Shown here: positions 26,057 to 36,667 of the stretch, piece by piece | Layout: every line of letters starts with the position of its first letter | Numbering within the stretch: the stretch's first letter is position 1 | Assembly: GCA_049510745.1 (NCBI GenBank) | Contig: JBEKYR010000014.1 | Location: 32,001 to 96,000, forward strand | Direction of reading: 5' to 3' | Source: Verrucomicrobiota bacterium | Lineage (GTDB): Bacteria > Verrucomicrobiota > Verrucomicrobiia > Limisphaerales > Palsa-1400 | Length of the DNA: 64,000 nt | Program-made: the position numbers and the translations under genes | Notes under the pieces: model-generated | Seen by the model: the letters and a program-made list of their open reading frames with translations, nothing else | Database searches by the model: none | Told to the model about the DNA's origin: nothing

Positions 26057-27451
26057 TCAAAGCGGAGTGTTCCAGCCGCCGCCCAACGCCTTGTAAAGCT
26101 GCACCGTCGCCAGCAGTTGATTGAGCAGCGTCCGGGTCAAGGCGTCTTGCGCGGGGAAAAGTTGCTGCTGTTCTTGCAGCAATTCATAGTAGTTGGCCTG
26201 GCCGCCGAGGTAGCGCTGGCTGGCCACTTGCACGGCTTCCTGGTAGGCGGCAACGGCGCGCGCTTGCTCGAGACGTTCCCGGGCCAGTTGCTCGCGCGCC
26301 GCCAGGGCGTTGGCCACTTCCCCCAAGGCGTTCAAGACGGTGGCTTGATATTGCAGGCGGGCCTCGTCCCACTGGGCGCGCGCCTGGCGCAACTGGCCCT
26401 TGAGCATTCCGCCTTCGAAGATCGGCCCGGTCAATTCGGCCGCCGCCTCCCAGGCGTTGGCGGAGCCGGAAGTGAGCGTGGAAAGTTCCGGGCTGACCTG
26501 CCCGAAGAGCGCCGTCAGACTCAGGCGCGGGTAAAAATCCGCCTGGGCCACTCCGACGCGCGCGTTGGCGGAGCGCATCAGTTGTTCGGCCTGGCGAATA
26601 TCGGGCCGCCGCTCCAGCAGCGCGGAGGGCAGCCCGGGCGGCACGTCCGGCAGCCGTTGGTCCTCAAGCGCGGCCCGCCCGCGCGCGACGGGTCCGGGCG
26701 GCAGGCCGAGCAAAATGCGCAGTTGGTTTTCCTCAACTGCGATCTGCCGCCGCAATTCGGGGATGGCCGCCGCCGCCGCCGCCAGCGCGGCCCGGGCCGA
26801 GGCGGTCTCGAGTTTGGAGGAAACCCCGCCGCTCAGGCGCTGGCTGAATATCGCCAGGCTTTGCGCGAACGAATTGGTGCTCTCCTGGGCGATCGACAAC
26901 TCTTTGTCCAGCGCCAGCAGTTGAAAGTAAGCGCCCGCTACCTCGGCAATCAGGCTGAGGGTCACGTTGCGGCGCGCTTCCTCGGTGGCCAGGTACTGGG
27001 CGCGGGCCGATTCGTTCAGCCGGCGGATGCGCCCCCACAGGTCGATTTCCCACGAAACAGAGCCGTCGAATCCAAGGGAAGTTCCCGCCGGGCCGCCGTT
27101 GTTGCTGGGCGCGCCGGCCGTGACATTTCTCCCCGCCCCCGCCCCCGCTTCATACGCCGCCTGGGGCCAGTAGAGAGACCGGTTCTGCGCCAGGACGGCC
27201 CGCGCTTCCACGACCCGCGCCACCGCCAGGCGTAAATCATAATTATTGGTCAGCGCGGTCTGGATCAACTCCCGCAGGGCCGGGTCCTGAAACAACTCCG
27301 GCCACGGCGCGTCCCCCAGCGAATTGGTCCGCGCGCCCTCGTCGCCGCGGAAGGAGGCGGGCGGCCGGGCGTCCGGCCTTTTGTAGTCGGGGCCGACGAC
27401 GCAACCCGCGGCGAAAAGCACGCAAAGGAGGAAGGGACAAAAGCGGCTCAC
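26057..27451 (-). CDS. Efflux outer membrane lipoprotein (NodT/OprM family)
   Basis: Lipobox 'AAGCVVGPDY', 'WEIDLWG', 'LLERRPDI', 'LYKALGGGW'. Confidence 0.95.
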   Translation of the reverse strand: MSRFCPFLLCVLFAAGCVVGPDYKRPDARPPASFRGDEGARTNSLGDAPWPELFQDPALRELIQTALTNNYDLRLAVARVVEARAVLAQNRSLYWPQAAYEAGAGAGRNVTAGAPSNNGGPAGTSLGFDGSVSWEIDLWGRIRRLNESARAQYLATEEARRNVTLSLIAEVAGAYFQLLALDKELSIAQESTNSFAQSLAIFSQRLSGGVSSKLETASARAALAAAAAAIPELRRQIAVEENQLRILLGLPPGPVARGRAALEDQRLPDVPPGLPSALLERRPDIRQAEQLMRSANARVGVAQADFYPRLSLTALFGQVSPELSTLTSGSANAWEAAAELTGPIFEGGMLKGQLRQARAQWDEARLQYQATVLNALGEVANALAAREQLARERLEQARAVAAYQEAVQVASQRYLGGQANYYELLQEQQQLFPAQDALTRTLLNQLLATVQLYKALGGGWNTPL

Positions 27452-30400
27452 GTTTTTTCCGCCTCCTTTTTCCCGGCGCGGCGCGAGAGGCGTTCGACCA
27501 CGTAGTAATTGACCGGGATGATGAAAATGCCCAGCAAGGTCGAGCCGAGCATCCCGCCAATGACGACGGTGCCGAGGGTTTCGCGCGAAATCCCCCCCGA
27601 GCCCGTGGCGAACCAGAGCGGAAGGCAGCCGAAGACAAAGGCGAAGGAGGTCATGAGGATGGGCCGCAGGCGGATGCGGGCGCCGGTCAGCGCCGCCTCG
27701 GCGAGGGATTTGCCGCGTTCGACTTCCCTCTTGGCAAATTCCACAATCAGGATCGCGTTTTTGGCCGACAGCCCGATCAGCACGATCAACCCGATCTGCA
27801 CATAGACATTATTCTGGAAGACATTATTCTGGAAGCGGCGCGCCCACATCGCCAGAAACGCCCCCAAAACGGCGACCGGCGTGCTGATCAAGACGCTGAA
27901 GGGCAGCGACCAGCTTTCATAGAGCGCCGCCAGGATGAGAAAGACAAAGACAAGCGACAGGCCGAAGACGGCGGCGCGCGGGACGCCTTGGGCGGCCTGC
28001 TGTTCCTGGAAGGACATCCCGAAATAGTCGTATCCCATCCCGCCGGGCATGGTCTGGGCAAAAACCGCTTCCAGGGCCTTGGTCGCCTGGTCCGAACTGT
28101 AGCCCCTGGCGGCGTTCCCGTTGATCTGCGCGCACCGGTACTCGTTGTAGTGCATGACGAACTCCGGGCCTGTCCGATGCTTGACAGTGACCAGGGCCGA
28201 GAGCGGAACGCTCTGGCCCCGGCGATTGCGGACGTAGAACAACCCCAGGTTGTCGGCGCTGGAGCGGTAGAGGTCCTCCGCCTCGACATAGACCTGCCAC
28301 TGGCGGCCGAAACGATTAAAATAGTTGACAAAATAGCCGCCCAGGAACGTTTGCAGCGTCTGGTACACCTCGCCCAGATCGACCCCTTGTTTGAGGGCCT
28401 TGTCGCGGTCCACGTCGATGAACACCTGCGGGACGCTGGGCAGGTAGGAGGTGCTCAGGCCGGACAATTCGGGGCGTTTGGCCGCCGCCTCCATGAATTT
28501 GCCCAGGTTTTCGGTCAGGAACGCGGGGTCCTTGCCGAGCCGGTCTTCCAAAATGAAGGTGAAGCCGCCGGCGGTGCCGACCCCGGGAATGGCCGGGGGC
28601 GGAAAGGCGAAGGCCCTGGCCTCCGGCAGCGCCGCCAACTCGTCGTTGATCCGCGCGCGAATGGCGTCGAATTGATCGGCCGCCGCCGTGCGTTTGTCCC
28701 ACGGCTGCAAAGTGACAAAGAACAAGGCGTTGTAGGTCGTTTGCGCCTGGCTCAGCAGGCTGAATCCCAGCACCGTCGAGTAATACTTGATGCCGGGTAT
28801 CTGCTTCAGGATGGTTTCGATCTTTTTGCAAACGGCGTCTGTCCGCGGCATGGCCGCGGCGTTGGGCAGTTGGACGTTGATGTACATGTAGCCCTGGTCC
28901 TCCTCGGGCAGGAAAGAGGACGGCAGTTTGTATCCGGCCAGCACCGCCAGGAGGGCCACGCCGGCCAGCAGCACCAAACTGAGCACGCTCCGCCGAATCA
29001 GCAGGTCGCTCCAATGCACGTAGCCGTGCCTGGCCCGGCCAAAAACGCGGTTGAACCAGTCGAAGAACCACGTCAGCGGACTGTGCGTTTGGCCTCTTGG
29101 CTTGAGGATCAGGGCGGAGAGCGCGGGGCTGAGGGAGAGGGCGTTGAAAGCCGAAAAGATCACCGAAATGGCGATGGTCAGCGCGAATTGCTGGTAAAGC
29201 CGCCCCGTGATGCCCGGAATGAAAATTGTCGGCACAAAGACCGCCGTCAATATCATGGCGATGGCCACCACCGGCCCGGATACCTCCGACATCGCTTTGA
29301 ACGCCGCATCCTTGGGCGTCATTCCTTCCTCGATGTGGCGCTCGACCGCCTCGACCACAATGATGGCGTCATCGACCACCAACCCGATGGCCAGCACCAG
29401 GCCGAAGAGCGAGAGGGTGTTGATGGAAAACCCAAAGACGGGAAAGAGGGTGAAGGTGCCGATGAGCGAGACCGGCACCGCCAGCATGGGGATGAGGGTG
29501 GCCCGCCAGCCCTGCAAAAAGATATATACTACAAGAATCACCAGCAGCATCGCCTCCCACAGCGTGGTCATGATCTCCTCGATGCCGCGGCTCACGGCCA
29601 GCGTCGTGTCCAGCGACACGGCGTAGTCCAGGTCGCGCGGAAACTGCTTTTTGAGCTCCTGCAGCAAGTCCTTGACTCCGTTGGCGGCATCGAGGGCATT
29701 GGAGCCGGGCAACTGGTAAATGGCCATGACGGCGGCCGGACGCCCATTGAAGCGGCCGACGATGCTATAGAGCTGGGCGCCCAGTTCGATGCGGGCGACA
29801 TCCTTGAGCCGCACGACCGAGCCGTCGGAGTTCTCGCGGACGACGATGTCGCCAAACTGCTCGGGCGTGACCAGCCGCCCCTGGGCGGTGGCGGCGTAGG
29901 TAAACTCCTGCGACGCCATCGAGGGGGGGCCGCCAATCTGGCCGACGGGATTGACGGTGTTCTGGCTGCCGACGGCGTTGATGACATCACTGACTGTCAA
30001 GTTGAGTTTTGCCAATTGGTCCGGCTTGACCCAAAAGCGCATGGCGTACTGGCCGGCGCCAAAAACATTGATGTTCGAGATGCCCTTGACCCGCGTGATC
30101 TGGTCCACCAGGTTGATATAGGCGTAGTTGGCCAGAAAGGTGGCGTCGTAAGTCCCCTCGGGCGAATAGAGCGCCACCAGCAACATGGGCGTGGTCGGCG
30201 ATTTGAGGATCGACACCCCGTAATTCTGCACCGCCGCCGGCAGTTGCGGCCCCGCCTGCGCCTCGCGCAATTGGGTCAGCATCTGGTCGATATTCGGATC
30301 GGTTTTGACATCGAAATTGACCACCATGCGCATGACGCCGTTGTTGGCGTTGATGGAATACATGTAATTCATGTCGTCCACCCCGCTCATTTGCTCCTCG

Positions 30401-30594
30401 ATGGGCGTGGAGATGGACTGCTGGACCGTCTCGGCATCGGCGCCGACAAACGTGGTTTGAATGCGAATCTCCGGCGGGACGACCTTGGGAAACTTCGATA
30501 TGGGCAGCGTGGCCATCGACACCAAACCGGTCAACACCATGAGAATGGCGATGACCATGGCCACGATGGGGCGGTTGATGAAAAAACGGTACAT
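27448..30594 (-). CDS. RND efflux permease (HAE1/AcrB family)
   Basis: 'FFINRPIVA', 'GLVVDDAI', 'KNAILIVEFA', 'RLRPILMTS'. Confidence 0.95.
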   Translation of the reverse strand: MYRFFINRPIVAMVIAILMVLTGLVSMATLPISKFPKVVPPEIRIQTTFVGADAETVQQSISTPIEEQMSGVDDMNYMYSINANNGVMRMVVNFDVKTDPNIDQMLTQLREAQAGPQLPAAVQNYGVSILKSPTTPMLLVALYSPEGTYDATFLANYAYINLVDQITRVKGISNINVFGAGQYAMRFWVKPDQLAKLNLTVSDVINAVGSQNTVNPVGQIGGPPSMASQEFTYAATAQGRLVTPEQFGDIVVRENSDGSVVRLKDVARIELGAQLYSIVGRFNGRPAAVMAIYQLPGSNALDAANGVKDLLQELKKQFPRDLDYAVSLDTTLAVSRGIEEIMTTLWEAMLLVILVVYIFLQGWRATLIPMLAVPVSLIGTFTLFPVFGFSINTLSLFGLVLAIGLVVDDAIIVVEAVERHIEEGMTPKDAAFKAMSEVSGPVVAIAMILTAVFVPTIFIPGITGRLYQQFALTIAISVIFSAFNALSLSPALSALILKPRGQTHSPLTWFFDWFNRVFGRARHGYVHWSDLLIRRSVLSLVLLAGVALLAVLAGYKLPSSFLPEEDQGYMYINVQLPNAAAMPRTDAVCKKIETILKQIPGIKYYSTVLGFSLLSQAQTTYNALFFVTLQPWDKRTAAADQFDAIRARINDELAALPEARAFAFPPPAIPGVGTAGGFTFILEDRLGKDPAFLTENLGKFMEAAAKRPELSGLSTSYLPSVPQVFIDVDRDKALKQGVDLGEVYQTLQTFLGGYFVNYFNRFGRQWQVYVEAEDLYRSSADNLGLFYVRNRRGQSVPLSALVTVKHRTGPEFVMHYNEYRCAQINGNAARGYSSDQATKALEAVFAQTMPGGMGYDYFGMSFQEQQAAQGVPRAAVFGLSLVFVFLILAALYESWSLPFSVLISTPVAVLGAFLAMWARRFQNNVFQNNVYVQIGLIVLIGLSAKNAILIVEFAKREVERGKSLAEAALTGARIRLRPILMTSFAFVFGCLPLWFATGSGGISRETLGTVVIGGMLGSTLLGIFIIPVNYYVVERLSRRAGKKEAEKT

Positions 30595-30619
30595 CGCGCC
30601 AGGATTTAAACGGCCCGTT

Positions 30620-31789
30620 TCATTCGTGTCTGGCCCCGGCCGGCGCGGGTTTGGGCGGCGTTTCGGGCGGCGCAACGGCGAACGGTTCCGGGTCCACCAC
30701 CGTGCCCTCCCTGACCTTTTGCGTCCCTTCCACAATGACCCGCTCGCCGGGTTCCAACCCCTTTTCGATCAGCCACTCCGTACCTATCTGCTGGCCTACT
30801 TTCACGGTTTTGACATGCGCCTTGTTCTGCGCGTCCACCGTCGCCACCTGGCAGGCGCCCTGCAACTCCATCACGGCCCGTTGCGGCACGAGCAACGCCC
30901 CGTGGCGCGTTTCTGTTTTGGCCCGCACCAGCGCGTACTGGCCGGGCCGCAACTCGTCCTCCGGGTTGGCGAAGGCCGCCCCCACTTGCAGCGTCCCCGT
31001 GGTGACATCGACCTGCCGGCCGGTAAACACCCACTTGCCGCGCCGGGGATAAACCGAGCCGTCGGAGAGGACCAGCTCCAGCTCCATTTCCGCCTCGTGC
31101 GCCGCCCGCTCCCCGCTGGTGGCGTACTGCCGGAAGTGCGTCAAGTAGAATTGCTCGTTGATGCTGAAATAGACCCGGATGGGATCGACCGTCGAGACCG
31201 TCGTCAGCACGCTCCCGTTGGGGCCGGCCAGGTCGCCGATCTGCGCCAGCGCCGTGCCCGCGATGCCGTCCACCGGCGAGGTGATTCTGGTGAAATCCAG
31301 ATTCATCCGCGCGTTCTCGACCGCCGCCTTGTCGGCCTCGACCGCCGCCTTGGCCATGAGATTGGATTGGACGGCGTCGTCCAATTCCTGCTGGCTGATG
31401 GCCTGCTCTTTGGCCAGCGGCGTGTAGCGTTTGACATCCAACTCCGTCTTGCCCAGCAGGGCCTGGTCTTGCGTCAGCTTGGCGGCGGCCTGGTTGAGCA
31501 GGGCTTGAAACGGGCGCGGATCAATCTCGAAGAGCAGGTCGCCCTGCTTGACTTTGCCGCCCTCGACATAATCCTGCTTCATCAAATAACCGGTGACTTG
31601 GGCGCGAATTTCGGCGTTGGGATAGCCGTCGGAAGTGCCGATCCACTGCTGAAAGACCGGCACATCGCGCGGGGCGATGGTCAAGACCTGCACCTTGGGG
31701 GGCGCTGGTTTGGGTGCCGGCTTCTGATCGCACGAAGTGCCCCACAACGGCAGGGCCGCCGCCGCCCAGAAAATCAATCGGTTCCTCAT
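30620..31789 (-). CDS. RND periplasmic adaptor (MFP)
   Basis: Lipoprotein-like N-terminus, 'EIRAQVTGYL..EG..VKQGDLLFEIDP', 'ITSPVDG', 'LRPGQY'. Confidence 0.95.
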   Translation of the reverse strand: MRNRLIFWAAAALPLWGTSCDQKPAPKPAPPKVQVLTIAPRDVPVFQQWIGTSDGYPNAEIRAQVTGYLMKQDYVEGGKVKQGDLLFEIDPRPFQALLNQAAAKLTQDQALLGKTELDVKRYTPLAKEQAISQQELDDAVQSNLMAKAAVEADKAAVENARMNLDFTRITSPVDGIAGTALAQIGDLAGPNGSVLTTVSTVDPIRVYFSINEQFYLTHFRQYATSGERAAHEAEMELELVLSDGSVYPRRGKWVFTGRQVDVTTGTLQVGAAFANPEDELRPGQYALVRAKTETRHGALLVPQRAVMELQGACQVATVDAQNKAHVKTVKVGQQIGTEWLIEKGLEPGERVIVEGTQKVREGTVVDPEPFAVAPPETPPKPAPAGARHE

Positions 31790-32130
31790 TTGGTCAAAAG
31801 AGCGCTAAAAAGCACGCAAGGCGCAAGATGCCAGAAGATTTGCCCGGCGCAAGCATCTTCGTATCTTCTTATCGTGCAAGGGCTCCCGATGGCTGAAACG
31901 CGCGGGAATGCTCTCGGGTCACAATGGGCGGCGTGGTTTTGGACTTGTTTTCTGCCGGGAGCCTGGCCTCTCCCGCCCGCCCTGTCGATCAGCGCCTTCG
32001 GGCGGAATTATGAAATTTCTGCTTTGCCTGTGCGGCGCGCCTCCGCTACAGTGGTCTCCGGAATTCTTGTGGCCGGTGACAGAACAGTCGCGATCGAATG
32101 TTTTTGCGAGGAATGACCCAGACAACAAAC

Positions 32131-32922
32131 ATGAAGGCCCGGGCCGGCATTCTTTTGCTGGTCGTGGCCTTGTCGGCGGCGGGGGACGTCAATCCGGCGC
32201 CCGGGGTTTACCCCAGCGGGTTTAGCGTGGCGATCAAACTGGGTGGGGAATTGTACGAGGCCTTGCCGCCGAAGTTCGCCGACCAATTGAACGCCCAGAC
32301 CATCACCCTCCAACCCCAGGATATGCCGCTGGTCAGCCCCATTGCCACCACCGAGGAGAACCGGGTCGTCCGGCAGGTGTCTCTCTCGGCGGGGCTGATC
32401 GACCTGCTCAATCACATCTGCCACGCCAAAGCCATCGACAGGGTTCAGCCCGGCTTTTTCGATCAGTATGTCAAGAATCTGGCCCGGCTCAGCCCGGGCG
32501 ACATCTTGGCGCCGCCCCCCATCGTCGAGCCGCGCTTTTGGACCGAGGACATCATCAACGACCAACTGAGCTATTTCAACCAGATGATCGGCCTGTTGAC
32601 GGCCATCAATTTAGCCCATCATTACCTGGGTCATTACGCCAAATACTCGGCCAAGATGACCGGGGCCGGCGGCCAGCTCACTCCCATCAATAATTTCCTG
32701 ACGCCCGCCGAATGGGACGTGTCCGTCAAGGCGGGCGTGATCGATGCCCTCAACTGCGCCCTGGCCACCGAAGGCCCCCGGGCGCTCTTTGATGCCGTTG
32801 ACCGGATGCCCACCCGCCCGCCGTGGACGGCCTACATAATCCCGCAACAGACGGACATCAAAAAGCTCAACAAGCAACTGGTCCACTACGAGGACCTTTT
32901 TTTCCACGGAAAGTTGAACTGA
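32131..32922 (+). CDS. Exported hypothetical protein, degenerate M48-like peptidase fold (alternative start 32113)
   Basis: Signal peptide, and 'AINLAHHYLGH' aligns with HE(L)AHxxLGH but lacks the first His and the Glu. Confidence 0.55.
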   Translation: MKARAGILLLVVALSAAGDVNPAPGVYPSGFSVAIKLGGELYEALPPKFADQLNAQTITLQPQDMPLVSPIATTEENRVVRQVSLSAGLIDLLNHICHAKAIDRVQPGFFDQYVKNLARLSPGDILAPPPIVEPRFWTEDIINDQLSYFNQMIGLLTAINLAHHYLGHYAKYSAKMTGAGGQLTPINNFLTPAEWDVSVKAGVIDALNCALATEGPRALFDAVDRMPTRPPWTAYIIPQQTDIKKLNKQLVHYEDLFFHGKLN

Positions 32923-32927
32923 CCCGG

Positions 32928-33806
32928 CTAACCCATGGCCATGGCGGCGCTGCTGATTTCGAGCAGTTCCTTGGTGATGTTGGCCTGGCGCAGTTTGTTG
33001 TATTCCAGGGTGAGGTCCTTGATGAATTGCATGGCGTTGTCGGTCGCGTTTTTCATCGCCACCATGCGGGCGCTGTGCTCGCTGGCTTTGGCTTCGAGCA
33101 GAATCTGGTAAACCTGGAAATTCAAGCTGTGCGGCAGCAGCGCGCCCAGCACCTGCTCCTGGTTGGGTTCAAAGAGAAATTCGCCCGTGCCGGTCCCGAC
33201 CGGATGGGCGCCCCCCGCCTTGGCCCCGACGCCCGCGGTGACATGCCGGATCTCGCCGATGGGCAGCAGTTGGCGCACTTCCGGTTTTTGGTTCAACGTC
33301 GAAATGAATCGGGTGAACAGAATATCGACCTGATCGGCCTCGCCTTCGAGATAGAGGTTCTGGGCGAATTTGGAGATGGCGCGCGCCTCGCTGAAGAGCG
33401 GGGCGTCCTTGTAACTGAATTCGGCCACCAGCATCCGCCTGGTCCGGGCCAGGAATTGCGAGGCCTTCCGCCCGGCGGAGATGAATTTTGTCCCGGCCTC
33501 AAACTTGGCCGCTTCCCGCATCAGGCTGCTGTTCAACCCGCCGCACAGGCCCTTGTCGGTGCTGACGACAATCACGCAACGCATCCCCCTCTCCCGCGGC
33601 TCGAGGAACGGATGGCTGAAATCCCTGGACTCGGACACGAGCGCGGCCAGCACCTCGTTCATCAGATTGGCGTAGGGCCGGCCCGCCAGCGCGGCCTGCT
33701 GGGCTTTGCGCATCTTCGAGGCCGCCACCATCTGCATCGCCTTGGTGATCTGCGCCGTGTTCTTGACGGACTTAATGCGGCGGCGGATGTCGCGTGTGCT
33801 GGGCAT
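32928..33806 (-). CDS. atpG: ATP synthase F1 gamma
   Basis: 'IRRRIKSVKNTAQITKAMQMVAASK', 'DKGLCG', 'RQANITKELLEI'. Confidence 0.98.
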   Translation of the reverse strand: MPSTRDIRRRIKSVKNTAQITKAMQMVAASKMRKAQQAALAGRPYANLMNEVLAALVSESRDFSHPFLEPRERGMRCVIVVSTDKGLCGGLNSSLMREAAKFEAGTKFISAGRKASQFLARTRRMLVAEFSYKDAPLFSEARAISKFAQNLYLEGEADQVDILFTRFISTLNQKPEVRQLLPIGEIRHVTAGVGAKAGGAHPVGTGTGEFLFEPNQEQVLGALLPHSLNFQVYQILLEAKASEHSARMVAMKNATDNAMQFIKDLTLEYNKLRQANITKELLEISSAAMAMG

Positions 33807-33811
33807 GGCGC

Positions 33812-35344
33812 TTACTTGTAGGTTTGCTTGAACTCGGCCACGGCGGCCTTCAACTCGGCGGCGCGGGCGTCGCTCAGGGCCTTTTCACCGCGGATTTTGT
33901 CCATCAACGCCGTTTTGCGGCTTGTCAAGTAATCGGTCAGCCTGCCCTGGAAATCCTTGATCTTGTCCACCGCCACGTCGTCCATCAGCCCGTTCTGCAC
34001 CGTCCAGAGGGCGGCGACCTGCACTTCGACCGGCATCGGATTGTATTGCGGCTGCTTGAAGACCTCGACGATCCGCTTGCCGCGCTCCAATTGCGCCTGG
34101 GTTTTGGCATCCAGGTCCGAGCCGAATTGCGCGAAGGCCGCCAACTCGCGGAATTGCGCCAGGTCCAGCTTCACCCGCCCGGCCACTTGTTTCATCGCCT
34201 TGATCTGCGCCGCCGAACCGACGCGCGAGACGGACAACCCGACGGAAATGGCCGGGCGAATCCCCTGGTAGAACAGGTCCGTTTCCAGGTAAATCTGGCC
34301 GTCGGTGATGGAGATGACGTTGGTCGGAATGTAGGCGGAGACGTCGCCCGCCTGCGTTTCGATGATGGGCAGGCCGGTGAGCGAGCCGTTGCCGTATTCC
34401 TCGCTGACCCGCGCGGACCGTTCCAGCAAACGGCTGTGCAAATAGAACACGTCGCCGGGATAGGCCTCGCGGCCGGAGGGACGCTTGAGCACGAGCGAAA
34501 CCTGGCGATAGGCCACCGCGTGCTTGGAAAGATCATCATAAATAATCAGCGCGTCCATCGCGTTGTCCATGAACCATTCGCCCATGGCGCAGCCGGCAAA
34601 GGGCGCCAGGTACTGGTTGGTGGCCGAATCCGAGGCGCTGGCGCTGACGATGATCGTGTAAGGCATCGCCCCGGCTTCCTCCAGGACGGCAATGACGCGG
34701 GCCACGTTGGATTGCTTTTGGCCCACGGCCACATAAATGCAATAGAGCGGACGGTAGCTGGCGTCCTTGGCCTGCTCCGCCGCCCGGTTCAGGCGGGCCT
34801 GGCTGATAATAGTATCGACGCCGATCGTCGTCTTGCCGGTCGAGCGGTCGCCGATGATCAACTCGCGCTGGCCGCGGCCAATCGGAATCATCGCATCGAC
34901 CGCCATGATGCCCGTCTGCACGGGCTGGCTGACCGGTTTGCGCTTGATGATGCCGGGGGCGATTTTTTCGACGGGATAGAACTTTTGCGTGTTGATCGGC
35001 CCCTTGCCGTCAAGCGGCTGGCCGAGGGCGTTGACGACGCGGCCCAGCAACGGCTTGCCGACGGGCACTTGCAGCAATTTGCCGGTCGTCCGCACTTCCT
35101 GGCCTTCCTTGATGCCGGTGTAGTCGCCGAGGATGATCGCGCCGACCTCCGTTTCCTCCAGGTTCAAGGCCAGGCCGACGACGCCGTTGCCGAAGTCAAG
35201 CATTTCGTTGAGCATGGCGTCGGAGAGACCCTCGATCTTGGCCACGCCGTCGCCAATCTCGCGGACGGTGCCGACGTTTTGGCGGGTGACGCCGGTTTTC
35301 AGGCCCGCAATCTGGGCCTCAATCTCTTGCAACAATGTACTCAT
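33812..35344 (-). CDS. atpA: ATP synthase F1 alpha
   Basis: '[16 protein letters not shown]', '[19 protein letters not shown]'. Confidence 0.99.
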   Translation of the reverse strand: MSTLLQEIEAQIAGLKTGVTRQNVGTVREIGDGVAKIEGLSDAMLNEMLDFGNGVVGLALNLEETEVGAIILGDYTGIKEGQEVRTTGKLLQVPVGKPLLGRVVNALGQPLDGKGPINTQKFYPVEKIAPGIIKRKPVSQPVQTGIMAVDAMIPIGRGQRELIIGDRSTGKTTIGVDTIISQARLNRAAEQAKDASYRPLYCIYVAVGQKQSNVARVIAVLEEAGAMPYTIIVSASASDSATNQYLAPFAGCAMGEWFMDNAMDALIIYDDLSKHAVAYRQVSLVLKRPSGREAYPGDVFYLHSRLLERSARVSEEYGNGSLTGLPIIETQAGDVSAYIPTNVISITDGQIYLETDLFYQGIRPAISVGLSVSRVGSAAQIKAMKQVAGRVKLDLAQFRELAAFAQFGSDLDAKTQAQLERGKRIVEVFKQPQYNPMPVEVQVAALWTVQNGLMDDVAVDKIKDFQGRLTDYLTSRKTALMDKIRGEKALSDARAAELKAAVAEFKQTYK

Positions 35345-35358
35345 AGGCGGTTAAAGGT

Positions 35359-35751
35359 TTAGAAACTCTCCCGCAAGGCGGCCAGACGCCCTTGCACGCT
35401 GCCGTTGTAAACATCGCCCCCGACCTGGATGCGCACCCCGCCGATCAAGGCGGCGTTTGCCGAAAACGTGAAATTCAAGCCCGGACCGTATTTGCGGGTC
35501 AGGTCGCTTTGCATCCGCGCCTGCATTTCTGGCGGGAGCGGCGCGGCGCTTTCAACGCGGGCGGTGCGGCGGGCCACTTCGAGCCTGACCAACCGTTGAA
35601 AATGGGAAAGGAGGGCGACGTAACCGCGCGGCTTTTGCCGCACGACGGCGGCCACGGCCTGGCGCGCGCGGTTTTCATCCAGCGCGTCGGCGACCAGGCA
35701 GGCGCGAAACAATTGGCGGGCGTCGCGGCGGGTTTGTTTGGAGATTTTCAT
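35359..35751 (-). CDS. atpH: ATP synthase delta subunit (short form)
   Basis: C-terminal 'LIGGVRIQVGGDVYNGSV..RL' and position between atpF and atpA. Confidence 0.9.
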   Translation of the reverse strand: MKISKQTRRDARQLFRACLVADALDENRARQAVAAVVRQKPRGYVALLSHFQRLVRLEVARRTARVESAAPLPPEMQARMQSDLTRKYGPGLNFTFSANAALIGGVRIQVGGDVYNGSVQGRLAALRESF

Positions 35752-35769
35752 CCCGGTGAGATTCGCGGG

Positions 35770-36321
35770 TTACGCGGCCAATTGGCGGCGGGTTTCCTCG
35801 GCCAGCCGTTGCTGATCGTCGGCGGTGAGGACCTTGCCGCTGACGACGGCGGTGGTTTGCACGACGAGGGCGGCGACTTCGCGTTTGAGTTCGATGAGCA
35901 TGCGCTGGCGTTCGAGAGTGGCGGCCTCGCGGGCTTTGCCGATGATTTGCTCGGCCTGGGCGATGGCCTTTTGCGTTTCCTGCTCCTGGACGCGGGCGGC
36001 GGCGGCGCGGGCTTCCTCAATGAGTTTGACCGCCTGGACATTGGCCTTTTCCAGGACCTCGCGCTGCAGGGCCTCGGTGCGGGCCAATTCCGCCTTGATC
36101 TGGTCGGCGTTGGCCAGGCCGTCGGCGATGCGCTGGCGGCGCTCGGCCAGGACGGTGAGGATGGGCCTGTAGGCAAATTTGACGAGAAGCAGGGCGACCA
36201 CCGAAAAGCTGATGACTTGGGCGATGAAATGCGGCCAATCCAGCCCGAAGGTTTCCGCAGTGTCGCTGGCGGTCTTTGCCAGGTCGCTGCCGATGCTGCC
36301 GAAAAGAATCAAATGCGTCAT
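35770..36321 (-). CDS. atpF: ATP synthase F0 b subunit
   Basis: 'FIAQVISF..L.KFAYRPI..LAERR.RI' followed by a coiled coil. Confidence 0.95.
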   Translation of the reverse strand: MTHLILFGSIGSDLAKTASDTAETFGLDWPHFIAQVISFSVVALLLVKFAYRPILTVLAERRQRIADGLANADQIKAELARTEALQREVLEKANVQAVKLIEEARAAAARVQEQETQKAIAQAEQIIGKAREAATLERQRMLIELKREVAALVVQTTAVVSGKVLTADDQQRLAEETRRQLAA

Positions 36322-36373
36322 AAATGGAGAGAAAGGCTGGCGCGGAGCACGCGGCTCCGCGCCATTTCACTGA

Positions 36374-36586
36374 TTAATGCACCATGAAGATCGCGTAGAA
36401 CACGATGGCCTCGGAGAGCGCCATGCCAAGAATGGCGATGGCGATCACTTTGCCGAACGCGCCGGGATTGCGTCCCACCGCTTCGGAGGCCTTCATTCCC
36501 ACCAATCCCACGCCAATGGCCGAACCCAGGCCGGCCAAGCCGACGTGGATGCTGCCTCCCATTTCTGCCAACATAGGCGTTGCCAT
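36374..36586 (-). CDS. atpE: ATP synthase F0 c subunit
   Basis: GxGxG helix, 'GRNP' loop, conserved Glu in 'LSEAIVFY'. Confidence 0.95.
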   Translation of the reverse strand: MATPMLAEMGGSIHVGLAGLGSAIGVGLVGMKASEAVGRNPGAFGKVIAIAILGMALSEAIVFYAIFMVH

Positions 36587-36667
36587 AATGACCTTTCTTT
36601 ACTTGTTGCTTTTGTCTCCGGCGGCCCCCGCAATTGAATACGGTCCGGCCGCCGAAATTCTCAATTC

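Noticed and set aside
27988..30609. 873-aa plus-strand ORF (likewise 55211..57871)
   Set aside because: Antisense to the RND permease and GH2 genes respectively.
36374..36586. Na+-translocating or N-type ATPase
   Set aside because: The c subunit lacks the Q...ES/T Na+ ligands, and gene order with atpH fits an ordinary F-type enzyme.
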